A stretch of 42,640 bases of DNA from Candidatus Binatia bacterium (GCA_050735075.1 JBOHVJ010000474.1:1-42640); one strand, 5' to 3'. Counted from the stretch's first letter, positions 15,302-23,595 are shown. The notes: a model not told the origin generated them from the sequence alone. Translations and numbers: made by a program.

Positions 15302-15868
15302 CTACCACGGCTCGTCATCATCTTCGGTGGAGGAACGACGCTTCTTCTTTACAGGACGCTTCTTAGGCTCTGGCTTCTCTTCCTCTTCCTCTTCCTCTTC
15401 CTCGAATTCGTCCTCATCGTCGTCGTCGTCTTCAGAATCGAACTCGTCGTCCTCATCATCCTCAGAATCGAATTCCTCTTCCTCTTCCTCTTCCGGCTCG
15501 GGCTCGGGACGACGCTTTGCAGCCTTCTTAGTGGGACGACGCTTCCGGGGGGCCGAGTCCTGTACCTCATCTTCGTCGTCATCGTCAGGCTCAACATCCC
15601 GAGACTTCTTACGGGGGTTTGCCTTCTTGGCAGCCTTGACAGCAGCCGTCTTGGCGGCAGCCTTGCGCTCCCGACGCTTCTCTTCAGCGAAATCCGAGTC
15701 CTGGAAGAGCAATCGTACAGCCACAGCCAGACGAACTCCCTCGCGAAATGCTTCCGCTTTGTTCTTCGCTCCGCCGGGTTCGTACCCGACTTCCTCCGTG
15801 ATGTATTCAGCGAGGGTGTTCTGGATTGGTGTGGCCTTCTTGGTGAGATAATCCGTTGGACTAGGCAA
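15302..15868 (-). CDS. hyper-charged protein (alternating K/R and D/E tracts) ending in SSB-tip-like DDDEPW
   Basis: 188 aa. TTG start with AGGAG 9 nt upstream, and its own promoter-like element upstream. The N-terminal ~70 aa is ordinary; the rest is AKKA/KRR patches plus long D/E runs. The C-terminus is ..RRSSTEDDDEPW. Confidence 0.72.
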   Translation of the reverse strand: MPSPTDYLTKKATPIQNTLAEYITEEVGYEPGGAKNKAEAFREGVRLAVAVRLLFQDSDFAEEKRRERKAAAKTAAVKAAKKANPRKKSRDVEPDDDDEDEVQDSAPRKRRPTKKAAKRRPEPEPEEEEEEEFDSEDDEDDEFDSEDDDDDEDEFEEEEEEEEEKPEPKKRPVKKKRRSSTEDDDEPW

Positions 15869-15919
15869 GACTAACTTCTCCTAACAAAAGAAAAGGGGCC
15901 GATTGGCTGATGTGAAAGA

Positions 15920-15949
15920 ACCTTACACAGGCCGAGTCACGAGTGTCAA
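15920..15949 (-). promoter_or_regulatory. sigma70-like promoter TTGACA-N18-TAAGGT
   Basis: Minus strand: -35 TTGACA (15944-15949), an 18-nt spacer, and -10 TAAGGT (15920-15925). The -10 lies about 50 nt upstream of the start at 15868. Confidence 0.45.
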
Positions 15950-15972
15950 GCCCGATCTTCAGCCGTTCAGGC

Positions 15973-17859
15973 TCAGGGCTTAGTACCTTTGGACAGGTCT
16001 AGGGCTGCTCTAGCGTACTCACCCATTCTTCTACCATCCAGTAACCGAGTGGTCTGCTTCGCCTGTTCTTGGTTCAAAAGCGACATCCCAACATCAATCG
16101 TGCCCTCTGAAACCAGATAGTGATAGAACACCTTTCGCGGATTGCTAACTCGGTGTGTTCGGTCTTCCGCCTGCTGTTCGCGGTAGGCCGGAGATCGGTC
16201 TAGGAAGACGGAATGGTCTGCTGAGTCGATTGTGATAGAGGAACCACCCGCCTTGATATTCAGCAGCATGACAGAAGGATTATCCGCCTCATTGAACCTA
16301 CGAATTCGGTCGCCCCGAAGATCAGTCCTAGTCTTACCCGTGATAGCAGTGGTGATCTTCCGTTTATAAACTTTCTGCAACTCACGAGAGACCATACCGA
16401 GCAACCGATTTTGTGCACTGAATACGAGCACCTTTGTCGTAGGGTTCTTCGGGAACCCAAGTTGCTCCAACAATTGTAGCAGATACTCAAACTTGTTGCT
16501 AGGCAACTCAGGACGAAGGTGCTTGTCAATCCATGAGCCATAGCTGGCAGCTAGCTGCCGTTTACGAATCATTTCTGCCAATGGAGTTAGTGCCTCTATC
16601 CTACCCTGGCGCAGTGTCGCCGCTGTGTCTAACTCCATCTGGCGATACGCCCTGGCCTGCTTTCCGTCCATAGGTAAAAATACAACGTTGGTCACTGCGT
16701 CCGGAGATATAGGCGTACCAACATACGTTTTCGGGGGCAGGTCCCGGGCAACTTCCGCTTTCGTGCGTCGCAGGACAATCGGCTTCAGGCTGTCCCATAG
16801 TATTGTCTCCCTCTCGGGCATCATCTCCCCGATTTCCCAACCGGAGTAACCACCGATGTTCCAGTATGACTTCACGAAGTTCCAGTAGGATGAGAATCTT
16901 TTCCGATCTGCCCAGTTGAGGGCTCCCCACAACTTCTCGGGGTGGTCCCGCATCGGCGTCCCCGATGCCGCGATCTTAATTCCATCTGCGCGCACATCAA
17001 GAAGCTCCAGCCCGTTCCGCCTCTGTGTCGGGTTGCCACTACGCCGTACGAGCGAATCGTGGCACTCATCGATAATTACAGCACCCCACTCAATCGCGAA
17101 AAGCTGCGGATGCTTTGGGTCGTCTACCTGTCTGCCATATTGTTTTCTGTCGTGACCACATTTCATTGTGATGAGGTTCCGCTTGTACGGTGTGGCAGTT
17201 TCACATTTCCTGCATGCCCAGAACTTCGGAGCCAGGCACACGTCCGGATTCACAATGAGCCAGTCACGTTCAGGAGACGGGGTGTGAGTGAACGCGTCTA
17301 GTTCAAAATTGCGTTTTGTGTTCCCATCAGGCACAGTGAAGACTCGGTGATTAGGCAGCCAACGTTCAATCTCGCGCCGCCACACGGCGTGCACAGCGGT
17401 TTTAGGGCACACGACCAGGTACGGACCCCAAACGCCGGCTTCTAGGACACCAGCAATTACCTCAAGGGTCTTCCCGAGGCCCTGTTCATCAGTTAGTACA
17501 ACCCGCTTGGCGTCCGCGATGAACTTCGCCCCCACAAGCTGGTAAGGGCGGGACGCCATCGCGTCAGCTAGTTCAGGCGCATGGGTCGGCACTCGGAGTA
17601 GCGGAGCATCCGATGAGCCGGCGAGTTTGTGCAGTGATGTACGGCGTTGCTTTTCACTGCGAATCCATTCCTTCAACACCGGGCCAGCTTGTAATTTGGA
17701 TCCTAGTTTCTGGCGCAGAATGCGGCATGTCTCTAGAGTCAGAGGAAAGGTCCAGCCGTTGACTCTCGTGCTCTCATAGCATCCAGGAATAGTCCGGACA
17801 CCAGAAACCGGACCGCCTGACAGCACGATCCGGTTGCCTCGCTTTTCAATATGGATCAC
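15973..17859 (-). CDS. SNF2-family (SF2) helicase/translocase
   Basis: 628 aa. Motif I LTDEQGLGKT, motif II VIIDECHD, motif VI-like QQAEDRTHRVSN. A Cys-containing insertion (ACRKCETATPYKRNLITMKCGH) lies between them. Confidence 0.9.
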   Translation of the reverse strand: MIHIEKRGNRIVLSGGPVSGVRTIPGCYESTRVNGWTFPLTLETCRILRQKLGSKLQAGPVLKEWIRSEKQRRTSLHKLAGSSDAPLLRVPTHAPELADAMASRPYQLVGAKFIADAKRVVLTDEQGLGKTLEVIAGVLEAGVWGPYLVVCPKTAVHAVWRREIERWLPNHRVFTVPDGNTKRNFELDAFTHTPSPERDWLIVNPDVCLAPKFWACRKCETATPYKRNLITMKCGHDRKQYGRQVDDPKHPQLFAIEWGAVIIDECHDSLVRRSGNPTQRRNGLELLDVRADGIKIAASGTPMRDHPEKLWGALNWADRKRFSSYWNFVKSYWNIGGYSGWEIGEMMPERETILWDSLKPIVLRRTKAEVARDLPPKTYVGTPISPDAVTNVVFLPMDGKQARAYRQMELDTAATLRQGRIEALTPLAEMIRKRQLAASYGSWIDKHLRPELPSNKFEYLLQLLEQLGFPKNPTTKVLVFSAQNRLLGMVSRELQKVYKRKITTAITGKTRTDLRGDRIRRFNEADNPSVMLLNIKAGGSSITIDSADHSVFLDRSPAYREQQAEDRTHRVSNPRKVFYHYLVSEGTIDVGMSLLNQEQAKQTTRLLDGRRMGEYARAALDLSKGTKP

Positions 17860-18089
17860 TACTCACCCACAATGCCTAGTTGCAGCTTGACTCGGCGATA
17901 TGACTCTTCAGTGAGCCACAAATCCATAAGCCCTAGTGATTTGCCCGGCATCACGGCAAATCCACTCGTCTTGTGGAAGTGATAGCGCAGCAGCAAATTG
18001 GCGATAAATCTGCCCCCCTCGTCGACCCGAATTCCACGGATGCAGTGGGTAAACACGATACCGAGATGCTGTTGTTCGTTGGAGGACAT
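17859..18089 (-). CDS. hypothetical protein (76 aa)
   Basis: ORF-track ORF with single-nucleotide overlaps (TGATG, sharing the A) at 18089 and 17859, between start and upstream stop and between stop and downstream start. Confidence 0.6.
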   Translation of the reverse strand: MSSNEQQHLGIVFTHCIRGIRVDEGGRFIANLLLRYHFHKTSGFAVMPGKSLGLMDLWLTEESYRRVKLQLGIVGE

Positions 18090-18367
18090 CAGTGGACCCT
18101 CCGGAGACTGCTAAGGCGGAAAGAACGGTACCCGTTTTGCCCTAGGAAACTGAAGACACGCTCTCCATCGGGCGCGATGTCTGTTCGGTATCGGAATCCA
18201 TTCTCTCTCACCACGTCGGTCTCAGCTTGTCCACTGATTGAGTTTTCCCACGTCACCTTCCGGTCCGATAGGGCCGTGAAGACTTCTTCATCGCTAGCCG
18301 AGCCCACGTCAAAAGGAATTCGGTATTGCTCAACTCCTCCTCGTCTTTTGGAGCCGCCCTTGTCCAC
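18089..18367 (-). CDS. hypothetical protein (92 aa)
   Basis: ORF-track ORF, coupled by 1-nt overlaps with neighbouring ORFs at both ends. Confidence 0.6.
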   Translation of the reverse strand: MDKGGSKRRGGVEQYRIPFDVGSASDEEVFTALSDRKVTWENSISGQAETDVVRENGFRYRTDIAPDGERVFSFLGQNGYRSFRLSSLRRVH

Positions 18368-18873
18368 TATGCTTTTGGGGTGACCTCACCTCCCAGATGC
18401 TGCGTGAGCTTGCCTCCCTTCCACACCATGGTCAGTACCTCGTTACCACGGGATGCTGTCAGGCTCAGTCGCAGCTCAGCGTCACTCTTCTTCAGTACGA
18501 CGTGCCACCCGAAGTTAGCTAGCGTCTGCTTCAGCGCACGTACTTCGTTCTTGGACTCCTCGTAGTTAACTCGCGCGTTGTCGCTGATCTCCTCGGAGAC
18601 GACAGTCGGCTTCAGGTCCCTGACCTTCTTCGGTGCAGCCCTCTTTGTGGCGATACGCTGTGTGGTGGTCTTCGCTGTGTCCTTCTCTGCCGTGAACCTC
18701 TCACGGCAGTCAGGGCAGCGCACCGGGGGACGCCCCCGGCGGTTCGGAAGCTCGAACATTTCGCCACAGCCCACACACTTCCGTAGCTTCGGAGTGCTCG
18801 CTGCTACCTCAGTGCTCTCGCTCTTCATGAGGGACTTCCTGGTGAAGGGCCGCTTACGGTAAGCTGTTGCCAT
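18367..18873 (-). CDS. hypothetical protein with N-terminal zinc-ribbon (168 aa)
   Basis: ORF-track ORF with CVGCGEMFELPNRRGRPPVRCPDCRE (CxxC...CxxC). AGAGGAA SD upstream. Confidence 0.65.
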   Translation of the reverse strand: MATAYRKRPFTRKSLMKSESTEVAASTPKLRKCVGCGEMFELPNRRGRPPVRCPDCRERFTAEKDTAKTTTQRIATKRAAPKKVRDLKPTVVSEEISDNARVNYEESKNEVRALKQTLANFGWHVVLKKSDAELRLSLTASRGNEVLTMVWKGGKLTQHLGGEVTPKA

Positions 18874-18993
18874 TGTTTGATTCCTCTTTCTTGTGAGGGG
18901 ATTTATTTACCTCCTCACACTCTCTCACACTGATTTGGTTTTTTCTAGGTAACACTCTGTGGCGTTCGTCACATTTACCTTGACATCAAAGTT

Positions 18994-19263
18994 TCAGTCT
19001 CTCGCCTCCCCTTCGAGAATGATCAAACCCAACGAGGTATCATACCGTTTGACACGGTCAGCCACCAGACCTATGCCCGTTTTGCGATTAATAATAGAAA
19101 AAATGACTTGTGTCTCGGGACCTAGGTGAGAGAGTTTCTCTCGTAGCTCGGCAACTGTCATATTCTTGTACCGCCTCATCGCTTCCATGCCACCATCACA
19201 AGTCCAATGCCTACCAGAAGAAAACCTAACCCAAAACCCGTAAGGGCGAAAGGGTGAAGCCAC
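18994..19263 (-). CDS. hypothetical protein (<=89 aa; start uncertain)
   Basis: ORF-track ORF with several internal Met candidates (MEAMRRY.., MTVAELREKL..). Confidence 0.5.
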   Translation of the reverse strand: MASPFRPYGFWVRFSSGRHWTCDGGMEAMRRYKNMTVAELREKLSHLGPETQVIFSIINRKTGIGLVADRVKRYDTSLGLIILEGEARD

Positions 19264-19295
19264 CAGGCATATTCCATAGTTTCAAGCATGACTGC

Positions 19296-19874
19296 TCACC
19301 ACGGGTATCTCTTTTCTACTTCGGACTTGTCGTACGCGGTGGGGTAGTTGTAATAATACCACCGATTTGTGTTCATCAGACTGGACCAGTATGTGGTGTG
19401 GTCAAGACCTAAGCAGTGCCCTATTTCATGCATAATTAATGAGCGCTTGTCATCCCAATTCCAATAGTAGTAGTTATTCATCCTAATCTTGCAGCTATAC
19501 ATTCGGTAGGCATCTCCCAGCCATTCCCACGTACCATCTGATGCGTAGAGATGGGCTTCCGCGCAGCCTCCCCATGCCACGTAGGTTCCAGCACAGTAGG
19601 ATGCTCTTCCGTAGTTACCCTCGTGCACGTAGATACGCTGATAGCCAGAAGGACAAGCAGATGCCCCGATCCGCCATACTAGCTGCAAATCAGGAACTGC
19701 GTCCCATCGGTATGTCGCCGAGTCCACAGGCCACGGTCCGGTATAGTCAGCCACACAAACCTTGTCGTACTTCCAACGATAATGCGCCTGCGTTGCTTCC
19801 GCTGGTTCAGCCCCGAGCAAAGACGTTCCAATGATAGCTGCCAGCGTGAGAACCCAAATGATAAGTCGTTTCAT
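19296..19874 (-). CDS. secreted zinc metalloprotease (metzincin; matrixin/snapalysin-like)
   Basis: ORF-track 19296-19904 trimmed to the ATG at 19874, which overlaps the upstream stop (ATGA). Signal peptide MKRLIIWVLTLAAIIGTSLLGAEPAEA. Zinc motif HEIGHCLGLDH (HExxHxxGxxH) is followed by a Met-turn candidate SSLM. Confidence 0.82.
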   Translation of the reverse strand: MKRLIIWVLTLAAIIGTSLLGAEPAEATQAHYRWKYDKVCVADYTGPWPVDSATYRWDAVPDLQLVWRIGASACPSGYQRIYVHEGNYGRASYCAGTYVAWGGCAEAHLYASDGTWEWLGDAYRMYSCKIRMNNYYYWNWDDKRSLIMHEIGHCLGLDHTTYWSSLMNTNRWYYYNYPTAYDKSEVEKRYPW

Positions 19875-20188
19875 TTTTGTTTCCCTTCTTGTTCCTTGTT
19901 CCATTCTGCACGATAACAGTCAGTAAGTACCATAAATGCTACTCGTGTGGTTTCTGCCTCACCTAAATTATGCATCATTTCAGGAGCAGTAAGAATACAA
20001 AAGTAGAATTTTTCTCCCAAGAGAACCCAGTGGTGCATGAGCGACTCAACATGTGCGCCTCGGTATAGTTTCCCTCCGTGATACTGGAAACCATGAACCT
20101 CAACCCAATTACAGGCACCCCTTGTCACATCGGATAGTCGGGCGGCCAATTTTTCATCAGTCACGAAGGAGAGTGTGACTGTTTTCAC
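19871..20188 (-). CDS. hypothetical protein (105 aa)
   Basis: ORF-track ORF with ATGA overlaps at both ends. Confidence 0.6.
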   Translation of the reverse strand: MKTVTLSFVTDEKLAARLSDVTRGACNWVEVHGFQYHGGKLYRGAHVESLMHHWVLLGEKFYFCILTAPEMMHNLGEAETTRVAFMVLTDCYRAEWNKEQEGKQK

Positions 20189-20373
20189 TCTACGCTCCTA
20201 TTGGGATTGTGGAGGCATCGTTCAGTTGAGCAGTCCACCCTTCCGGGAAGCCACTGATCATCATCGAAGAAATCACCTACCTGAATCCATTCCACTTCTC
20301 CGGCTGCACCGCATAGCGGGCATGTAGGCTTGTGCTCATGTTTTTCCGACTCACGATAAGGTCCGTTTTTCAT
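20185..20373 (-). CDS. hypothetical Cys-containing protein (62 aa)
   Basis: ORF-track ORF with CPLCGAAG...C..C, a possible zinc ribbon. Confidence 0.6.
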   Translation of the reverse strand: MKNGPYRESEKHEHKPTCPLCGAAGEVEWIQVGDFFDDDQWLPGRVDCSTERCLHNPNRSVE

Positions 20374-20375
20374 TG

Positions 20376-20702
20376 CTAATACCCCTTCGGGTTTCGGAAT
20401 AACTTAGGTGGGCTCTTTAGCAGGTTCCTACCCAGGTAATTGAACAATGAGCGCCCGAACCATTTCCGCCAGTGGGGATTCCGTCCTCCGCACTCGTGCA
20501 TAGTGTGTCCACGCTCGGGGTGACGGGTCCAGCCTCCCATAGACTTTCGTCCCTTGCAACTACCTAGACAGGTCTCGGGGTCAGAGTCAGTCCAGCGGTA
20601 AACACCCACCGTCGATACACGATCCATGTGTGATACTCGCGCAACAAATCGTTGAGCGTTTAACTTGTCTTCTGTGCGAATAATCAACAGGTATGCACTC
20701 AC
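20376..20702 (-). CDS. hypothetical Cys/His-rich protein (108 aa, GTG start)
   Basis: ORF-track 20376-20774 trimmed. TAGGAGG lies 9 nt before the GTG at 20702, immediately after the upstream stop. Contains CLGSCKGRK...HTMHECGG. Confidence 0.6.
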   Translation of the reverse strand: MSAYLLIIRTEDKLNAQRFVARVSHMDRVSTVGVYRWTDSDPETCLGSCKGRKSMGGWTRHPERGHTMHECGGRNPHWRKWFGRSLFNYLGRNLLKSPPKLFRNPKGY

Positions 20703-20716
20703 GAACGCCGCCCCTC

Positions 20717-20989
20717 CTAACTGAAGAGCCCCGCGATGGGGGCCAGACTGGCGCACAGAATTACTAGGATGCAAGGGGATAAGATAATTAATCCGATGAT
20801 CAGCCAGGTCATATGGCTGGCTCGCTGTACGCCGTTTTGTTCACGTACCGGCACGTACCTGTAGGGCTGACCAATAGCGGGACGATGCACACCTACCGGT
20901 GGCACTGCGCACTCCGGATTCGAGCACCACAGCCAGGTTTCTCCTGTCTGGTGAGTGTGCCAGGAATGAGGTATTTCGAGGGGTTGCAT
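20717..20989 (-). CDS. tail-anchored membrane protein (90 aa)
   Basis: ORF-track ORF with a C-terminal hydrophobic segment WLIIGLIILSPCILVILCASLAPIAGLF. An AGAAGG SD and a promoter-like element lie upstream. Confidence 0.6.
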   Translation of the reverse strand: MQPLEIPHSWHTHQTGETWLWCSNPECAVPPVGVHRPAIGQPYRYVPVREQNGVQRASHMTWLIIGLIILSPCILVILCASLAPIAGLFS

Positions 20990-21023
20990 ACGTTTGACCT
21001 TCTATAAGTGTTCAGGGGCTACC

Positions 21024-21052
21024 ACGGTAGCAGACAGTAATTCACAGTGCAA
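21024..21052 (-). promoter_or_regulatory. sigma70-like promoter TTGCAC-N17-TACCGT
   Basis: Minus strand: -35 TTGCAC (21047-21052), a 17-nt spacer, and -10 TACCGT (21024-21029). The -10 hexamer is the same as in the 7071-7099 promoter. It lies about 35 nt upstream of the ATG at 20989. Confidence 0.45.
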
Positions 21053-21120
21053 ACGGAACGTGGGCAGGGCAACGCTCAGCCAGGTCAACCGTACAGCCAC
21101 AACCGAATGACGAACTTGTA

Positions 21121-21366
21121 CTAGCGGTATTTTTTACTTCTACGAAGTATGGAACCGACGGCCGGATCTTCCATGTCACCACGCTTAATCCTCGCAGCAT
21201 CAATTTGGCCACGCTTACCAGCAAAGAGAAGAATATCAGGTTCCACATAAATATACACCAGTCCACGTATCGTGAATGACTTTTGTTGTTTTAGCTCCAC
21301 GACTGTTGATAGTGCTAATGCCCAACTTTGCCCGTGCAAAGGTCCATGCCGAAATCTGAACTTCAT
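21121..21366 (-). CDS. hypothetical protein (81 aa)
   Basis: ORF-track 21121-21720 trimmed to the ATG at 21366, which overlaps the stop of ORF 21363-21578 (ATGA). The long version would overlap two better-supported coupled genes. Confidence 0.55.
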   Translation of the reverse strand: MKFRFRHGPLHGQSWALALSTVVELKQQKSFTIRGLVYIYVEPDILLFAGKRGQIDAARIKRGDMEDPAVGSILRRSKKYR

Positions 21367-21578
21367 ACATTCCGCCTTGTGATCTCCCGCCTCCACATTT
21401 CGTACTCGCTGGTGTTCCAGCCTTTCAGTCGCTTGACCATACCACCGAACGCACGAGCAAGCTGTAAATTGTAAATTCGCTCTCGGTGCTCGTTCCGGTA
21501 TCCACTTCCTAACGCCACAATCACAACCGCAAAAACAAAGTTCAGCGACACTGACCAAAACAGAACCTGTACCATCAT
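21363..21578 (-). CDS. membrane protein (71 aa)
   Basis: ORF-track ORF with an N-terminal TM segment VLFWSVSLNFVFAVVIVALG. ATGA coupling at both ends. Confidence 0.6.
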   Translation of the reverse strand: MMVQVLFWSVSLNFVFAVVIVALGSGYRNEHRERIYNLQLARAFGGMVKRLKGWNTSEYEMWRREITRRNV

Positions 21579-21829
21579 GCCACCGCCTCCTGTCTTCCAT
21601 ACTTTCTGGCAGTATCAACGGAAACCAGATCCCAAACCGACATCCCCATGTCTGCCCAGGCTCGATGTGTCTGTACCGCTCCGTGCCAGTACCGCCTAAT
21701 GTAGACCGTCCATGATGCACGTACGTCGGAACGGTGTCTCGCTCTGGATGCCTGATTCTTCATCTTCCTCCGACAGATCATTGTGTGAAACCATGCCTCT
21801 GCTACAATCAGGATAAATCCGATAGCCAT
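21575..21829 (-). CDS. membrane protein (84 aa)
   Basis: ORF-track ORF with a hydrophobic N-terminus MAIGFILIVAEAWF. It is the first gene after the 226-nt gap downstream of the holin. Confidence 0.6.
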   Translation of the reverse strand: MAIGFILIVAEAWFHTMICRRKMKNQASRARHRSDVRASWTVYIRRYWHGAVQTHRAWADMGMSVWDLVSVDTARKYGRQEAVA

Positions 21830-21891
21830 CGAAATGCCCTTTCTGTTCGGTAGTCGGTGGGCGCGTGAACTGTCCCGTGTTTGATTCTACT

Positions 21892-21912
21892 TGTCAATGT
21901 GACATGTGTCAC
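21892..21912 (-). promoter_or_regulatory. TTGACA box abutting a perfect 14-bp palindrome GTGACATGTGTCAC (operator/activator site candidate)
   Basis: TTGACA (minus, 21892-21897) lies 17 nt from a poor -10 (GACAGT, 21869-21874). The palindrome at 21899-21912 lies just upstream of the -35. Confidence 0.35.
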
Positions 21913-22055
21913 AGTAAAGCCCCCAGCATCCATCACGGACACTAGGGGCTTCCTGTTATGTGGAAGCTGCCTTAGCTTTCGCTGTTTTTTGTGTCTGCTT
22001 TCTCATCTTACGTTTTTCAACAAACTCCCTCCAAAGTTGATTGAAGATCAATGGC

Positions 22056-22253
22056 TCAACTGTCTGCTCCGGTAGCATATGTTCCGTCATTGTCCTTATC
22101 CTTCACGTTCGGGACCAGATAAACCAGCCCAGCACCTACGGCTGCAACCACCGCGTTGACCCACATGGAATATTCAGGCGGAAGCATCCCGGAAGACGCC
22201 ATCACGCTAGCAGCCGTGAGCAGGGCCACGATAAACTTTGCGTACTTAGCCAT
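22056..22253 (-). CDS. holin-like two-TM protein (65 aa)
   Basis: Two hydrophobic segments (FIVALLTAASVMA and VNAVVAAVGAGLVYLV) and a charged C-terminus. It lies immediately downstream of the lysin gene. Confidence 0.6.
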   Translation of the reverse strand: MAKYAKFIVALLTAASVMASSGMLPPEYSMWVNAVVAAVGAGLVYLVPNVKDKDNDGTYATGADS

Positions 22254-22277
22254 TTCTACTCCTCTAAAACTTGAATG

Positions 22278-23060
22278 TCAAGCGGACAGCAATTCACCGA
22301 TCCGCCGTACCACTTCTTCAGCACTGAGAGTGCCGTCACTGTGTGCGGCAAGCAAGTTCTTCAGTTCTGTATCGCGTGCAGCTTCGGCCGTCTCGTGTTC
22401 CGCTAACTTATTTTCAATCTGGTTCAGCTCGGCTTGGACTTGCTTTACGCCGTACGCCACGCCGGCCATCGACCCGCCGCGGGTGTGGTCACCCTGGTTT
22501 TGCAGGTGATGCTGCTGCAACATTCTCCGCAGCTCGGCAACCTCACGCAGTACGTCCTCAATTCCGGCCATATCTTCCTCCTCAAAGTAGCGGCGGAATA
22601 CCGCAATTTTGTCCCGGTATTCGGAATCCCGAAACCAGCTAATGTGCGTGTGAGTCAGGTGCGAGTCGTCGCCGGACGTGCGGCGCCCGAGCCTGTCCCA
22701 GCGGCGTACGACCTGACCGTCCGGGGTGTAGATGATTTCCCGAATATCGCGAGTGTCTGTGGCGCCGGCCTTGCACTGCTCGACCAGCCACAGCGACAGA
22801 CTCCGCAGGGTGCGGCGCTGACCACTGGTAGTCCGATCAAACAGCCCAATGTCGATTGCGCTGGCGGCGTTCGTTAGACCGTCCCGGTCGCGGGCCGACT
22901 CGGTGACGGAGTAGTCGTTGGCGAAGCTGATTGAGTCTCGGCCCCGGTGATATCCGTGGCCGTACCCGTCGGAGGTGATGCCGAGCGCGTTGTCACTCAA
23001 CCAGGTTAGCGGCTTGAGATATCCGCGTAGTTCTAGCAACTTGCCTGGTGCGTACGTCAT
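22278..23060 (-). CDS. LAS/M15-type zinc peptidase cell-wall hydrolase with coiled-coil C-terminus (endolysin or tail lysin)
   Basis: 260 aa. H-x-x-x-D (GYHRGRD), AIDIG and H-x-H (HLTHTHISW) resemble the VanY/M15 zinc sites. The C-terminal ~90 aa is heptad-like (EVAELRRMLQQ..QAELNQIENKLAEHE..). It sits between tail genes and the holin. Confidence 0.65.
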   Translation of the reverse strand: MTYAPGKLLELRGYLKPLTWLSDNALGITSDGYGHGYHRGRDSISFANDYSVTESARDRDGLTNAASAIDIGLFDRTTSGQRRTLRSLSLWLVEQCKAGATDTRDIREIIYTPDGQVVRRWDRLGRRTSGDDSHLTHTHISWFRDSEYRDKIAVFRRYFEEEDMAGIEDVLREVAELRRMLQQHHLQNQGDHTRGGSMAGVAYGVKQVQAELNQIENKLAEHETAEAARDTELKNLLAAHSDGTLSAEEVVRRIGELLSA

Positions 23061-23061
23061 A

Positions 23062-23595
23062 TCAACTAATTCTTTCCGCCCTGATGAATGAGCCTGCGCG
23101 AATCTCGGTTGCGGTTGCGTTAGATGTGTTCTGTGCCCAGCGGAACTGAACTGCTCCTTCTGTCACAATGTCAATAATAAACTCCTCCTCTATGTTAATC
23201 CACAAATCGGCACTTACTTCTCCGCTACCGTAAGCTATGGCACTGGTGTGGCTGTAAACGCCCTGCCTGACGTTAGTATTATCCCGGCTTGTGCTACCGC
23301 TATCAGGTCCAAGTACCCACTTCAGCGAAACTAGTGTGGCATCGGCCGGAATGGTCCAATCAGTTTTAATGTCGGGGGTAGCACTGCCGTTAGTATCGAA
23401 CATTGCCCTCAGTCTGACATGCCAGCGACTGCTAGCAGGGAGAGTGACAAATAGTTCATCGTCATTCTGTAATGCAGTGCTGCTGGTTACCGATTCGCTG
23501 AGGCTCTTGACCACCCAAATCGGTCGCCTTTTATTCAGCTCATCTGCCGTTACTTCCTCAAACGCGGTCCAAGGCAGTGCTGGATCAGTAGCCAT
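23062..23595 (-). CDS. minor tail protein (177 aa)
   Basis: ORF-track ORF directly after the large tail protein gene. No motif recognised; the call is positional. Confidence 0.65.
   Translation of the reverse strand: MATDPALPWTAFEEVTADELNKRRPIWVVKSLSESVTSSTALQNDDELFVTLPASSRWHVRLRAMFDTNGSATPDIKTDWTIPADATLVSLKWVLGPDSGSTSRDNTNVRQGVYSHTSAIAYGSGEVSADLWINIEEEFIIDIVTEGAVQFRWAQNTSNATATEIRAGSFIRAERIS

Noticed and set aside
14924-15874. Long plus-strand ORFs (316 aa at 14924-15874, 233 aa at 15150-15851; likewise 12120-12380 and 12128-12625) with poly-Ser/Leu/Phe products
   Set aside because: They are mirror frames of the GA(N)-repeat DNA that encodes the poly-acidic tails of the minus-strand genes 15302-15868 and 12169-12849. 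They have no SD, are low complexity, and run against operon polarity.
21121-21720. 199-aa ORF-track ORF spanning 21121-21720
   Set aside because: Its 5' two-thirds overlaps two membrane-protein ORFs (21363-21578 and 21575-21829) that are linked by ATGA overlaps. An internal ATG at 21366 is itself ATGA-coupled, so only 21121-21366 is kept. ORF 21042-21266 was also dropped because it overlaps and has no start signals.
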